64,000 nt of DNA. Origin: a virus (Duplodnaviria > Caudoviricetes). The notes beneath the pieces are model-generated. The model worked only from the letters and a program-made list of their open reading frames with translations. It made no database searches and was not told the DNA's origin. Both the position numbers and the translations under genes were made by a program. Location: positions 13,394 to 77,393 of the IMG/VR virus record IMGVR_UViG_3300015607_002466. One strand, 5' to 3'. Below are positions 1 to 11,900 of this stretch, in pieces (the stretch's first letter is position 1; each line of letters begins with the position of its first letter).

Positions 1-1
1 C

Positions 2-3000
2 ATAAACAAATTCCCAGTTGAAGTTGCTACCTATGTTAATACCATCCTTACTGGATCTGGTCACGCGGACGAAAATTGGATTGTCACTTTTTCTGACGCT
101 CATAATTTCGTAATCACTGGCGAAACCTCTGGTATTTCCGGTCCTGGAACTGTTGACACCGTATTTAGATCCACTTACTTGACATTTAAAATTTCAAGTG
201 GTACCATCCCATTCGTCAATGGGGATACTTTCGTCATTTCAGTTAAAGATTTGTCAGAACAATACACATTCACATACTCAGGAACCGGCAATGGCGGTAT
301 CTCAGGTATTAAGGGTATCAGACGTTTTGCCGCAATCGTCCAGCCTGATGGATCATCCGTGCAGACCTACGACGGTATGCGAGTGCTCGTAACCAACCAA
401 AATAATTCTTCCGAAAATGGAATTTATATCGTTCGCTCCGGCGCGTGGGAGAGAGCTGTTGATTGTCTTGAAGGTTCAACTGGATTTGATGGTATAAAAG
501 TTTATGTTTCCGGCGGAGCGGCTGAAATGATTGGCCTTTGGGAAGCGATAACATTTAATAACACTTCCAAAATTTTCCAAAAGGTTTCTGAAAACAGAAA
601 CGTTTCTGAATGGTCACAATACAATTTCTGGGTTCATAGAGATGATGCAGAATCTCTAGGAATCAACATCAACAACGCGATCCAAGCTAAGCGTCCAATT
701 ATCGAGTATTCTTTTGATTTGGAAATGAATACTGATCAGGTCGACGGTAAACCACTTGGTGGAAATGTTCTGCTAAATGCTGAACAGAAAAAGTATAAAT
801 TCAACCAACTTCCGCTATTCAATTTGTATTTGGCAAACGGTGAGTTTGCTGAAAAAGTTTCATCAATTTTTTACTACGAAGAAAGCAATAAATCATCGAT
901 CGATTCTCAGCTAAAACGTCGTATTCTATTGGATGAAAATAATGACTTCGTGTTTAGTCAGGGTTGTGTGGATGAAAACGGTGGAATGCTATTCTTTAAA
1001 GAATCTGGTCTAATTAAATCAGTATGGGCGGCAGGTCCGAACCATGCTGAAGTATCAACACCACTATTCTCAAGCGTACAACGTCAAATTAAAGATGCTG
1101 AAATTGGCGTAATAATTAGCGATGTAAATTCGCATATTAAGAATGCTAATTGGCTAGCGACTGCTTCAACCTCAACAAGCTTTACTCTTGCGTCATATCA
1201 ATATCCTGAAATTTCTGTCAATGTTCCATTTGACAGCTCAATTAACGTAGTTGACGCGCTAGGAAACAAACTATTCACCATCACTATTCCTTCGGGATCC
1301 ACAGAAGTTCCAACTTCAGGCGTAAACGTTGGTGACTATTTCAGATTTAAATCTGTCAATAAAGAATTCCCACGTTACGTTACTGGTGAAACACTTGCTG
1401 CTTCTCATGAAGTAGCAATAGACGAAGAAATGGTAAATGGAGTTTGGACAACTCCATTCCAATTAGAATTTAACCCTTACCATGAAAATCGTAAGACTGT
1501 TCATTTTGGCGATTTGATTAACCACTTCAAATCTATTATTGCTGCCCAGCCAGGTTTTTTCGGAAGCTCATTTGGTAGAAACAATTTTAGAGAAATCTCA
1601 AATAAAAATGTTGGCCTAGGCGGAAAAATTAAAGAACATAATGGGGCATTTAATAAGTTTGTTGGATTAACTAACCAAGATAACATTTCTCCGTTGTCAA
1701 TTATTGATTTTGCTGAGACTCAATATGCACAAGCATTAAATTCAGTCAGCGAGTACGTAAACAAATACGCAATTGATTTCTTAACAAATCACGGCACTCC
1801 TGTATTTTTAATGGGAGTCGAATCAACTAACAAGATTCCTACCCTTGTTGATGAATATTGCGCGTACTACAAGGAGCGTGTTGACGTAGCTTCTTATCTA
1901 TCGGATTCAACTTCCGTTATTCCAAACTGGCCTGCAACTCTTCCATCATTGGGATTGTCTGGTGCGGTTCGTCCATTCTTTGGATTTGACCATGAACTTG
2001 GCCTAAACGTTATTGTCCACCATGACGGTCACTTAAGCCCAAAAAATCAACGAAACGTTGAGTTTGACCGTGGACTAACAAAACAATCAGTGCTTCGCTC
2101 TGATGGAACCTCATGTCCTGGTATTTTTGCTTCATCAATGCCAGCAAAACCATACAAGAACCAGTTGTGGTTCCATTCTAATACCAGCATCCTAAGAATT
2201 TTTGATGTTTCATCAGATACTTCTGCGCCTCTAAATCCATCAGCTAATGATTTTTGGTACGATCGAAACGCAGACACTTTGCACCAATGGATTGGTAATG
2301 AGTGGGTGGCAAAATCTGATAAGAGCATCGCGTGGAAAATTGTTGAGACTGATAGTATTCTTAACGCGTTCATTATTGAGATTGAAAATCGCCTATTTAA
2401 TTCTATCCACCCAAATCAACAAATGGTTTGGAACGCTTCTCGATACGTTTCTACTGAAACTCTTAAGTTTGAGCTTGCAAAGTTTGCAGCAAAATACAAT
2501 TACGATCCATACGCGCCAGACTTCAATGTGAATGACCCATTCACCTGGAATTACAAACAGGCAAATTTCCCTGTTATTGGTACTGGTCACGCAAGATGGT
2601 ATGACATTTACGCGGCGTATTTCGCAGCGGCAACTGGCACTCAATTTACTACTTGCCGCCCAAATATCGAGCCATGGAGATTGCTAGGTTATGAAACTAT
2701 GCCTGCAGGTTTCTATGAAACTTATGGCGGCGTATCACACATAGATTCATTACTTGCGGTAAATGACGTTTCCGTAGTATTGTTTGACAATTTGGTTTCA
2801 ACATCAGCTTGCCCAAATGTAGTTGACGGAAAAACTCTTTCAGTTGGTGATCGAGTTCTAGTCACCACTGGTGCGAATGCCGGCATCTACACCGTGACTT
2901 CAGTTGGAACTGGAACCAACGGCTCCTGGGCATTTGCATCAGACTTTAACCCATTCGCTATTCAGGTTGGACTAAATGTTTCCGTCAAGAATGGATCTCT

Positions 3001-6000
3001 ATGGTCAGGTTCGACTTGGGTAGTCGTTGATAATGGTGGTGTCAAGTCATTTGAACAAGTTCGTCAATGGAAGCTACAACTATGGGCAGACATCCAAGCA
3101 GCATTCCCTACCTTGAAACTATGTGTGAACGTGTTCAATGAGCAATTGCTCCCACCTTACGTTGATCCATTGTCTCCAGCTGCTCAGTTCGGTCTTCTTA
3201 ACATTGCTCCATCAGGAATCGCGAATGCGTACGAATTTGGGGACAATGGTCCTACTGAAATCGTATGGAAGAAATCACTGGAACACTCCTACTCACTTCT
3301 ACGCTCTTCGATGAAGAATCAACCATTGCTCTTCATCGAGAGTACCTGGGGTGACGTGTGTCGATCTGTGGGTGGCTTAAAACTCGACAAGCAGCTGGCA
3401 CGAAAAGAATCTCACAAAGAAATTCTACTGCACGGCGAAACTCTTCCTGTGAAGAACCGTGCCCGTATAATATACAGCTCTGTGCTTCCTGTAACTGGAG
3501 CTGGGACCAGGGAAAAATCTGTAGAATTGGTTTGTGACTACGTAACGGAGTTTTTCGACTTCTTTAAGGTTACCGTAGACGGAAAAATTGTTGGACACCT
3601 AAACAATTTTGATCCTTCTTGTGGAATCGATTTCTCCCAATTAGAAATTACCGATCAGGGAATGGGATTCTATGTTGGAGACAAAATCTCCTTCTCACTA
3701 ACTGATGGCGTAATTTCTAACGTGGTATTCGAGTCTGCGAAGACTAAGGTTTACCAAGGTATTGGTCAATTTTACACCCAACTTTTGAAGTTCAATTCCT
3801 ACTCTTTGGTCACTTCTAAGAATTCTGTAATGTTCCGTAACTGGGATGTCAATCTTGGATACCGCTTCGGCGCATTTATGAATACCGAAACCTTGAGTCT
3901 AAAGAGCAACGGTTTCGACATCCCGCTTGGTATGTGTAATATGCTAACCAAGATTAGCCCATACGCAGGTTCATCTTGGATTAATGCGCTTCGTATTCAG
4001 CTAGTCAAGGTAGGTTCTACACAGCTAGTCGACGGAATCTATAAACCAGCAAACAATGGGGATGATTGGGTATTCCGTATTGAAACCTATTTCAATAAGT
4101 ACCCTGAAATTTCGTACTATGATGTTGACACTGCAGGCGAATTCATGACTTTTGACGTATTGTCTGGTCGTCGCTGCCCTATCACATGGAAGAACTACTC
4201 CGGCAATCGTGGTGTTAAGACCTCAACTGTCCCAATGATCATCACTGGTGTTCAAAACGTCGTAAACTTCTTGTTTGGATATACTCGTTTCCTACAAGAC
4301 TCAGGCTGGGTTATCAACAACAACGCAAATCCAGATATCGACGCAGAAACTGGTCGTATCATCACATGGCAACTAGAAATCGAAAAGTTTGTAGACGCAG
4401 TTTACGACAATTTGACACCTGGTTCCGGCGTGATTATCAACCCATTCATGAAAAATGTTTGGTTCCAAACTGCAAAGGGCCTAGTTTCAAAATTTGAGAC
4501 TATCAATTTCTTGGATGTGTCAGCTTCTCAGTTTGCGTTTGACATTACCGGTAGTCAGATTTCTCTTGATCAATTGAAGATCATTAGAGAAGAAGATACC
4601 ACCATGGTAATCTCTGATACTCCAATTTTCGGCTTGCACGTAAATGTTGAGCACTATGAGCATTGTGTTCTGTTCCCATATTATCTCGACAACAGCAAGA
4701 AACAAAAGCTAATCTTTGATCCATTCTTGGGTATGAAGCTTGGTAAAATTCTTGTTCAAGGTTCTCGTCAAGCAGTTCAAACTGCTCGTCCATCATTTGG
4801 CGGCTTCTATCTAAGCAACAATAAGATGAAGAGAAACTTGGTTTCGTCAATCGATGATCTAGGAAAGTTGTACGATTCTGACGCGGTTTTCAACAATCCA
4901 GAATATTCTAAGTATGCTTTGGCATTATTCGGATTCTCCGAAAAAGATTACTTTGATTCACTAGGAACTTCTAAGAAGAATCAATTTAATTTCTGGAGAG
5001 GAATGATTCAGGCTAAGGGAACTAACTCTTCTGTTGAAGCTTTCCTAAATAACAAGGCCTTTGAAGATGCGAAGATTGACGAGTACTGGGCATTCAAGGT
5101 TGCCGAATACGGAGATGCGCGAACCAAGTCTTTCCCTGAGTTGAAGCTTCAAGCTTCAGACAGTTTGATTGACACCACTCGTTTCCAATTTGACGGCGAT
5201 CAAGTTTTACCAGGCTTTACTCAAATTTCGTCAACTGACGAATCCCGTTGGGTAAATCTTGACGATTTGAATGAGCTTAAAGCTCGTGGTATGTATTTCG
5301 ACGCGACCTCCGTAGGTAAAATCGTGTTGAAAGAAAAGCCTCAAATCGTGAACTTGATAAATGAAGGCAATGGTGCTGTTAAATTCGTAACCGGTTCTAC
5401 CGTTGTTAAATCGTTTATGAGTCCAACTGTTATCCGTTGTACTATGGACGATGTTGAAACTTTCACTGTCGTAAATACTGCAACAAATCAGGAACTAGGA
5501 ACCGGAATCATCGGCATTAATTTCACTTGCTCAGATTTTGAATTTACTGTCGAAACTGATTTGTTTGAAATGCAACCTGGAGATTCATTCACTTTCGCTA
5601 TTTCTGTAGATATTGACACATTGGTAAAACTACCATTTGTCAGCGACAAGCTTGTGATCAGTGATACCTCATCAGTTGAAGTTGTTTCTCAAACTGTTGT
5701 TAGAGTTAAGAAGGCAAATACTGCACCGATTACTATCGAAGGTTTTGGGCCACAAAAACCAAAATTTAGCCCAATCAAATTCTTCGACTATAAGAGCGAT
5801 TTGTTCCTTGGTAATATTCCATACTGGAACCCAGCAATTGGACAACATACTCCAGAAGCATATGAAATCATTAACATGATTTCTCCAGTTGATCCAGCAA
5901 AATACAACCAAACTACCCAAATCGTCAACAACCCTAACTATGACATGCTAAAACCATGGGGTAGCAGAGAGGTTGGTAAAGTTTGGTGGAATACCAATAA

Positions 6001-6769
6001 GCTTGACTACAAGCCTTATTACGATCCTGCTTTCTACCCAAATATTGAGCACCGTTTGTCAAAATGGGGTTCTGCTGCTGAATACTCAAGTGTTGAAGTT
6101 TACGAATGGGTAGAGTCTGATGTTCCTCCTGAAAAATACGCGGAACAAGTTCTTGCTGATGCTAAGGATCAGAACAAAACCCAAAGCGATAAGAAGAGCG
6201 GCGAAGTTGCAATCTCTAAATTGCTAACTCGCTCAAGAACTTGGAATGTTCGTCCAGTTGCTTGGAAGAAGAATGAAGATTATGAATCACCATTCATGAC
6301 TTCAGCGCTATTCAACAAAATTAGAGTAACGTCTGAAACTATTGGTGCTTCACGAGCAATTTTGAATTACGGGCGATTCTCAGACTACTCCATTAACGCT
6401 GGAATGTCTCTATCTGCGTGGAATAAAATTGATGATGTTCCAGTAGGTCAAGCTTTGGTTGGAACCGAAAAGACGTACGTCATTGGCGCTGAAAATGAAT
6501 TCATGAGACCGTATATCGATCAGCCTTCTGATTCACGCATCTCAAGTGTTAGCGTAGATTTCTCGACCAAGACTTCTTCTATTGGAAAAGCAATTGGCAA
6601 GATCGCTTTTACAAATTACTCCGAAGGTGGAATTTATTACGTTAGAGCAACTGAAATAAATACAGGAAAATCACAATCATTGCCTGTCAGCGATGTCGTT
6701 GTTGGTACTCCTTTTGTTGATTTCGACTTCTTCGAACTTGGTGTAAAAATCAGACTAAACTTGGCCTAA
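2..6769 (+). CDS. Giant virion structural protein (baseplate/tail-associated), 5'-truncated by the window
   Basis: The frame is open from nt 2 (INKFPVEVATYVNT...) through the track's TTG at 179 to TAA at 6767-6769, giving >2250 aa. It carries repeated F-x-GD-x-F motifs and two RVLV...GIY.V motifs, which are typical of jumbo-phage structural proteins. Confidence 0.75.
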   Translation: MNKFPVEVATYVNTILTGSGHADENWIVTFSDAHNFVITGETSGISGPGTVDTVFRSTYLTFKISSGTIPFVNGDTFVISVKDLSEQYTFTYSGTGNGGISGIKGIRRFAAIVQPDGSSVQTYDGMRVLVTNQNNSSENGIYIVRSGAWERAVDCLEGSTGFDGIKVYVSGGAAEMIGLWEAITFNNTSKIFQKVSENRNVSEWSQYNFWVHRDDAESLGININNAIQAKRPIIEYSFDLEMNTDQVDGKPLGGNVLLNAEQKKYKFNQLPLFNLYLANGEFAEKVSSIFYYEESNKSSIDSQLKRRILLDENNDFVFSQGCVDENGGMLFFKESGLIKSVWAAGPNHAEVSTPLFSSVQRQIKDAEIGVIISDVNSHIKNANWLATASTSTSFTLASYQYPEISVNVPFDSSINVVDALGNKLFTITIPSGSTEVPTSGVNVGDYFRFKSVNKEFPRYVTGETLAASHEVAIDEEMVNGVWTTPFQLEFNPYHENRKTVHFGDLINHFKSIIAAQPGFFGSSFGRNNFREISNKNVGLGGKIKEHNGAFNKFVGLTNQDNISPLSIIDFAETQYAQALNSVSEYVNKYAIDFLTNHGTPVFLMGVESTNKIPTLVDEYCAYYKERVDVASYLSDSTSVIPNWPATLPSLGLSGAVRPFFGFDHELGLNVIVHHDGHLSPKNQRNVEFDRGLTKQSVLRSDGTSCPGIFASSMPAKPYKNQLWFHSNTSILRIFDVSSDTSAPLNPSANDFWYDRNADTLHQWIGNEWVAKSDKSIAWKIVETDSILNAFIIEIENRLFNSIHPNQQMVWNASRYVSTETLKFELAKFAAKYNYDPYAPDFNVNDPFTWNYKQANFPVIGTGHARWYDIYAAYFAAATGTQFTTCRPNIEPWRLLGYETMPAGFYETYGGVSHIDSLLAVNDVSVVLFDNLVSTSACPNVVDGKTLSVGDRVLVTTGANAGIYTVTSVGTGTNGSWAFASDFNPFAIQVGLNVSVKNGSLWSGSTWVVVDNGGVKSFEQVRQWKLQLWADIQAAFPTLKLCVNVFNEQLLPPYVDPLSPAAQFGLLNIAPSGIANAYEFGDNGPTEIVWKKSLEHSYSLLRSSMKNQPLLFIESTWGDVCRSVGGLKLDKQLARKESHKEILLHGETLPVKNRARIIYSSVLPVTGAGTREKSVELVCDYVTEFFDFFKVTVDGKIVGHLNNFDPSCGIDFSQLEITDQGMGFYVGDKISFSLTDGVISNVVFESAKTKVYQGIGQFYTQLLKFNSYSLVTSKNSVMFRNWDVNLGYRFGAFMNTETLSLKSNGFDIPLGMCNMLTKISPYAGSSWINALRIQLVKVGSTQLVDGIYKPANNGDDWVFRIETYFNKYPEISYYDVDTAGEFMTFDVLSGRRCPITWKNYSGNRGVKTSTVPMIITGVQNVVNFLFGYTRFLQDSGWVINNNANPDIDAETGRIITWQLEIEKFVDAVYDNLTPGSGVIINPFMKNVWFQTAKGLVSKFETINFLDVSASQFAFDITGSQISLDQLKIIREEDTTMVISDTPIFGLHVNVEHYEHCVLFPYYLDNSKKQKLIFDPFLGMKLGKILVQGSRQAVQTARPSFGGFYLSNNKMKRNLVSSIDDLGKLYDSDAVFNNPEYSKYALALFGFSEKDYFDSLGTSKKNQFNFWRGMIQAKGTNSSVEAFLNNKAFEDAKIDEYWAFKVAEYGDARTKSFPELKLQASDSLIDTTRFQFDGDQVLPGFTQISSTDESRWVNLDDLNELKARGMYFDATSVGKIVLKEKPQIVNLINEGNGAVKFVTGSTVVKSFMSPTVIRCTMDDVETFTVVNTATNQELGTGIIGINFTCSDFEFTVETDLFEMQPGDSFTFAISVDIDTLVKLPFVSDKLVISDTSSVEVVSQTVVRVKKANTAPITIEGFGPQKPKFSPIKFFDYKSDLFLGNIPYWNPAIGQHTPEAYEIINMISPVDPAKYNQTTQIVNNPNYDMLKPWGSREVGKVWWNTNKLDYKPYYDPAFYPNIEHRLSKWGSAAEYSSVEVYEWVESDVPPEKYAEQVLADAKDQNKTQSDKKSGEVAISKLLTRSRTWNVRPVAWKKNEDYESPFMTSALFNKIRVTSETIGASRAILNYGRFSDYSINAGMSLSAWNKIDDVPVGQALVGTEKTYVIGAENEFMRPYIDQPSDSRISSVSVDFSTKTSSIGKAIGKIAFTNYSEGGIYYVRATEINTGKSQSLPVSDVVVGTPFVDFDFFELGVKIRLNLA

Positions 6770-6772
6770 CGT

Positions 6773-8941
6773 ATGACTATTATTCAAAACGCCCTAATAA
6801 CCGCCACCATTTCTAATGGTGGCTCAGGATTTAACCTATTCGAATCGGTTCCGTTGTACGCAAACGGAACCCTTTTTGCTCATGCTTCTTCCGATTCAGG
6901 AAAAATTACAGGGGTAAAAATAGATTCTCCTGGTTCAGGTCTATTAGATGGAAGATATCCGATTAATGGAGAGACCATCGATGTTGGATATGTTGACGTT
7001 GTTAACGGACAAGTCACTTCTGGATATTACGTAAAAGATACGGTTTATTCCGGTAGACCTGCAGTTACCGTTAACATCCCTTATGATTACACCACTTGGC
7101 CATCATCTTCTACTGGCGTTCATACTTCGCCGACGTTAAGTGCAATTGTTCAAGGTGCTTTAACCTCAGTAATCCCTGATTGGGAAACCGTTACAAATGG
7201 TCAACCACAGTCTTTTGGTGCTAATCCTACAATAACCTTTGGTGGAACTGGAACTGGAGCGGTTCTTACTCCAGTAATTGCGGATTATACCATTCCTGGC
7301 ACAACAACCACTGACACTGGATCAACTGGCGGTTCGACAGGCGGCTCAAATACCGGTAGTGGTTCGACTACTCCTTCTGTTACCGTAACGAATACCACTT
7401 CAGTTTCTAATTTGATTATTCCAGCATCTGCTATTTCAGCAATGATTGGAAATAGTAACCACGACATTTTTGTGAGAGAAGCTGTTTCAATTGATGTTGA
7501 AATTGATTTCCCTGATAACACCCTTGTAAACGATGAGACTGATCCTGATACTGTAAATCATGCGTTTGGTTGGAGAACTTGGCAGAATCCTGCTCAAACC
7601 GACTTGGACTCTGACTTGAAATCTCCTGATAACATCTGGGAACCAATTTACGGAGAATACGTTCCTGTTGGAACCCTATCCACTGACTATCTCAAGAAGA
7701 TCAAGTCTTACCAAGAAGCGAAATTGGTTCTTAACAGTGGAATTGAGGTTGAAAAGTATCAATCGATCTGGTCTGATTTTGCGCAACTAAATGACATTTT
7801 CCTTGAGCGTATTTTTGATGGTAAAGATGTATCACGCACCTTCACTATCGCTACATCAGACAAGAGCATTGATACGAGCAGACTATTTGTCTATGTAGAC
7901 GGAGTTTTGCAATCTTTGACTAACGTGAAAATCTCAAAGCTAAATGTTGAGCTAACCTCAGCAATCAATGTTCTCGTCGGATCAAAAATTGTAGTCATCT
8001 ACAAGAAGTATCAACCTTCAGCCTCAGAGTTGTCATTTGACCCTGATACTAAAGATGATTACTTAGTCAACACACAATACAAGTTTGGCTACGATTATAC
8101 CTCATTTGAGATTCGCGATTCTAATGATCGCTTGACCCAATCTGTTTACTATTTCTGGGTAAAGAACAAAAATACTCCAGCTGCGGGACATAAGATGTCC
8201 ATTCAGCAGTCTAAGAACCTCTTGACTTACGGTCCATCCTTGTATATGACATTCCACGATATCAAGGATGCGTCAGGTTCACTTCCAATCCGATACGATG
8301 CTATTTCTATCTTTGGACTCAACAAGTTTGCAACCCGTGATGATACGTACAAACTACGATTTACTCGCAACTTTACCCTTAGAGACGATCCAAATGAACT
8401 TGATCTAAAGAACGTCCACGCTGAATGGGCATTGATAAGACCTGCGCAGAACGTACGTATCCCATTAAACCTTTGGGATAAATTGGTCGATTCCGCTGTT
8501 GGACAAGATGTAATCGGAAATGCGGTTCCTTACACTTACTTAAGTGATTATGATGAACAGCACGGAACCTCAAACCGTTTTGGCCTCGGTCAAGGTCAGG
8601 TTTTAGCTAACAAAGAATCCGTAGTAGCTTCAATCAAGCACACAATTTTAAACACCAATCTCACCATCAATCTTGGTGGCACACTAGTTCCTGATTACAT
8701 TCAAAATCTAAAATTGTCTCAATTGGATAAATACTTTGATACACCAGAAACTATTAGACAGACTCTAGATTTCATTTGGAGACAGGCAAAGCCTAAGCAA
8801 ATAAATGAAATCTTCTTTGCTGTAATCAACGATGCTCTTGCTAATAATTTCGAATTTAAAGACGTATTTAAGACATCACGACTATCCGTGTACTCAATTA
8901 AGACAGTGGAACAAATTTTGACAGGAACCGACGATGAGTAA
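6773..8941 (+). CDS. Virion structural protein, in frame with the upstream giant ORF
   Basis: 722-aa ORF that starts 3 nt after the upstream TAA in the same frame. It has a Gly/Thr-rich N-terminal part and a YYFWVK-containing C-terminal part. Confidence 0.7.
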   Translation: MTIIQNALITATISNGGSGFNLFESVPLYANGTLFAHASSDSGKITGVKIDSPGSGLLDGRYPINGETIDVGYVDVVNGQVTSGYYVKDTVYSGRPAVTVNIPYDYTTWPSSSTGVHTSPTLSAIVQGALTSVIPDWETVTNGQPQSFGANPTITFGGTGTGAVLTPVIADYTIPGTTTTDTGSTGGSTGGSNTGSGSTTPSVTVTNTTSVSNLIIPASAISAMIGNSNHDIFVREAVSIDVEIDFPDNTLVNDETDPDTVNHAFGWRTWQNPAQTDLDSDLKSPDNIWEPIYGEYVPVGTLSTDYLKKIKSYQEAKLVLNSGIEVEKYQSIWSDFAQLNDIFLERIFDGKDVSRTFTIATSDKSIDTSRLFVYVDGVLQSLTNVKISKLNVELTSAINVLVGSKIVVIYKKYQPSASELSFDPDTKDDYLVNTQYKFGYDYTSFEIRDSNDRLTQSVYYFWVKNKNTPAAGHKMSIQQSKNLLTYGPSLYMTFHDIKDASGSLPIRYDAISIFGLNKFATRDDTYKLRFTRNFTLRDDPNELDLKNVHAEWALIRPAQNVRIPLNLWDKLVDSAVGQDVIGNAVPYTYLSDYDEQHGTSNRFGLGQGQVLANKESVVASIKHTILNTNLTINLGGTLVPDYIQNLKLSQLDKYFDTPETIRQTLDFIWRQAKPKQINEIFFAVINDALANNFEFKDVFKTSRLSVYSIKTVEQILTGTDDE

Positions 8942-11900
8942 TTATTTGTATTCTTCAACCGCCGTAGATAGCCTTATTGCGTACATTAATGACGTAAAAC
9001 CTTATCACAGCAAGCTATCAGAAATTGTAGAAGAATATCAATTTTACGAAAGCATGAATGTTGCTATCAATGATAGCAAAAGATTTACTCGCACAAAAAT
9101 TGCAGGCATTTGGGATTCTGAAACATATTCAAACGGACTTTACATTCCGTTTACCAATCTAGCGTTTACAAAGCAATCAAAGTCTTCAAAATATTGGAAT
9201 GACGCTTTATTGATTGACTCTGCAAAATACGATAGACAGATTCCAGGTTTAACAGACGCGTATTATCTTCGTCATAATATCGGTATTCGCTCTGTTTTCA
9301 GAAACGGTATTGTTCAAAACGAAGGTGTAGATTTCCATGTTTCCCATGGTGCCTACACTATTGACGTCGAGGGTTCAAAACAGAAATATACTGAATCTTC
9401 TCTAAAAAATGTAGTCGGCGATGACGCATCAAAATGGGTCAAGGGTCTTCAGCTCATGTCTGAGCCATCCTCTTTATATTATGAAGATGTAAAGGGAACA
9501 AACGGCACCGTTACTGAAATTGTACCTAATCTTAATGCAAGCAATTACGAAGAATTTACCCTAAAGTGTGTCCAAGTAAACAACACAACAGACGGGATAA
9601 AACTAAGCTACGAACACGAACAAGTTGTGCCATCATCAGTATGGAACATTCAGCATAAGCTAAATTCAACTAATTTGTTTATGCAATGCTACATTGTTGA
9701 TGCTCAAACTTTAGTTCCAATTTCACCAGCTAGAATTGAATTTGTAAACGCAAATACCGTAAACGTTTATTTTTCAAGCGAACGAATTGGTAAAGTAAAG
9801 ATTATTCGTTTTGTTGACTCGCTTAGCACCTTTACCGAAACCTTTGTTACTCCTGAAGATAAGTGGCATGTTCATCATAATCTAGGTACGACTGATTTAA
9901 TTTACAATGTTTTAGTAAACATCAATGGTTCTCTAGAGAAGATTAATCCTGCATCTATTGACATCGTTGATGACAACAATGTCATTATTAATTTCTCATC
10001 TCCAAGATCAGGTGAAGTAAGTCTTGGTTCAATTAGTTCATACGCTTCTGCGTCATTTGTCCAAAATCAACCTTCTGATACTTGGTCATTTGACAACAAA
10101 CTAAGAACCGATTCGGGTGTATTTCTTGTCTATGATTCGAATGGCAACGTCGTCTTCCCACAAGACATTGTTATCAGTAAGAGTCTCATCTATGTAAAAT
10201 TCTCAAAGCCTATTTCAGGTAAATTGCTGTTTGCGAAACTATTTAGCGCAGGTAATGAAAACACAATTTTCTCTGTTACTGGCTCCGAGACTGGTCTAAT
10301 TGGCTATGCTAGAGTTGGCTTAAAGTTTACCTCTCAAAATCTCAGCTTCACTATTAAGCCAGTAGCAGAAGACTCCGTGTTTTTGATGGGTGAGACTTAT
10401 GTCTTGACTCCAAAAAACAGAATAGTAACTCATAAGAATTACATTGACGACGAAAAATGGTCCTTTATTAAGGTCAATCCGATCGTTCATGAAAAGCCTC
10501 GATTCCAAAAATCAGGAACTCCGATTATTTCTAATTGGGTTTATAAGACCACTGGTATAAGACCACAAGTCTTGACCATTACTCATGATGGCTCAGTCTT
10601 TAATGTTGTTAGTTCAATCGACGGAAGCATAGGTTCCGTCGCAAACGGTGGAACCTTTAGCACTTCAGAATTTTCGTTTACAATACAGTCGAGCATTATT
10701 GACCCAGTAGCTGGTGATTATTTCCAGATTACCGTGTTTAATGAAGCACCAACCATAAGTGATCTTGATCTAACAATTGGTTATGATCTTACCACTTACG
10801 ACAACACTGAGTATGACGATCATTTTATTGGGTTCGATTTAACCTCATTGAATTTGACTATCGTTGATCCGGCAATTAAAACTTCTTATTTTGAATTGTC
10901 ATATAATGGATCTACATTTGATGTTTTCCAATACAACAATTCAACAGACAGACGTCCTCTCGCTCAATATGCGCCAATAGTTCCAGGCGTCCCATACACC
11001 TGTCAGGCTTTTTCAATCACTATTCCAGCAACGGTGTCATACCTAACTGGAGACATTTTCATATTTAACGTCACTAATCCTGATCCATATTTCAATGATC
11101 ATGACGTTTATATGATTTCAAATAGATTTGGATTGATTAATCTTTATCCAAAGTCCTTTATTGATTCACCTGCACAAACCTGGACAATTTCAGTAAACGG
11201 TGATTATTCTGTTTCTGTTGTTGGTTCCGTATCTGGTGCTCAAGCTAATGGAAAAATCACTGAGTCGTATGATAATGGATTTATCCATTTTACCCTTCTT
11301 CAGACCGAAATTCCATTTACTCCTGGAGACCAGTTCTTTATCACCATTAATGATGAGAAACCATCATACTTGGTATTTGGCGAGAAGACCGGTTTCACCA
11401 AGCCGCTAACTATCGGCAAATGGTACTGGAACGGCAAACTAGGTCTAAAAATCGACTTTCCATTCTATCATGCCCAGGAATTTGTGTCTGTTGGTGAAGG
11501 TAAACAGGGTCGAGAAATTTACTCCGGATCAATAGTCATTGATGAGTTTGGTAATAAGCTTGAGTTTAATAAGCCGCCAAGATACGACGCTCGTAACGAT
11601 GTGTACAAATTCACCCCATTGGGAACCAAATACCAAAATCAGCAGCTGATTAATGTTGAATCTGCCGTTCGTGGTATCCAACGTGGAGCTCTTCGTAATT
11701 CTCGTTACATCGATGACATGAGACCTGAGCAGTCTAAGTTTGTAGGTTTTGAACATCATGACGGTGTAATTGATCTTACAATTACCGCTGCATCGGATCT
11801 TCCGTTGACACCAATTTCATTTGAAATTGTTTCAAATGATTTGCCATTATACCACGCAAACGATCTAATAATTTTTAACACACCAATTGGCTTTGATACT

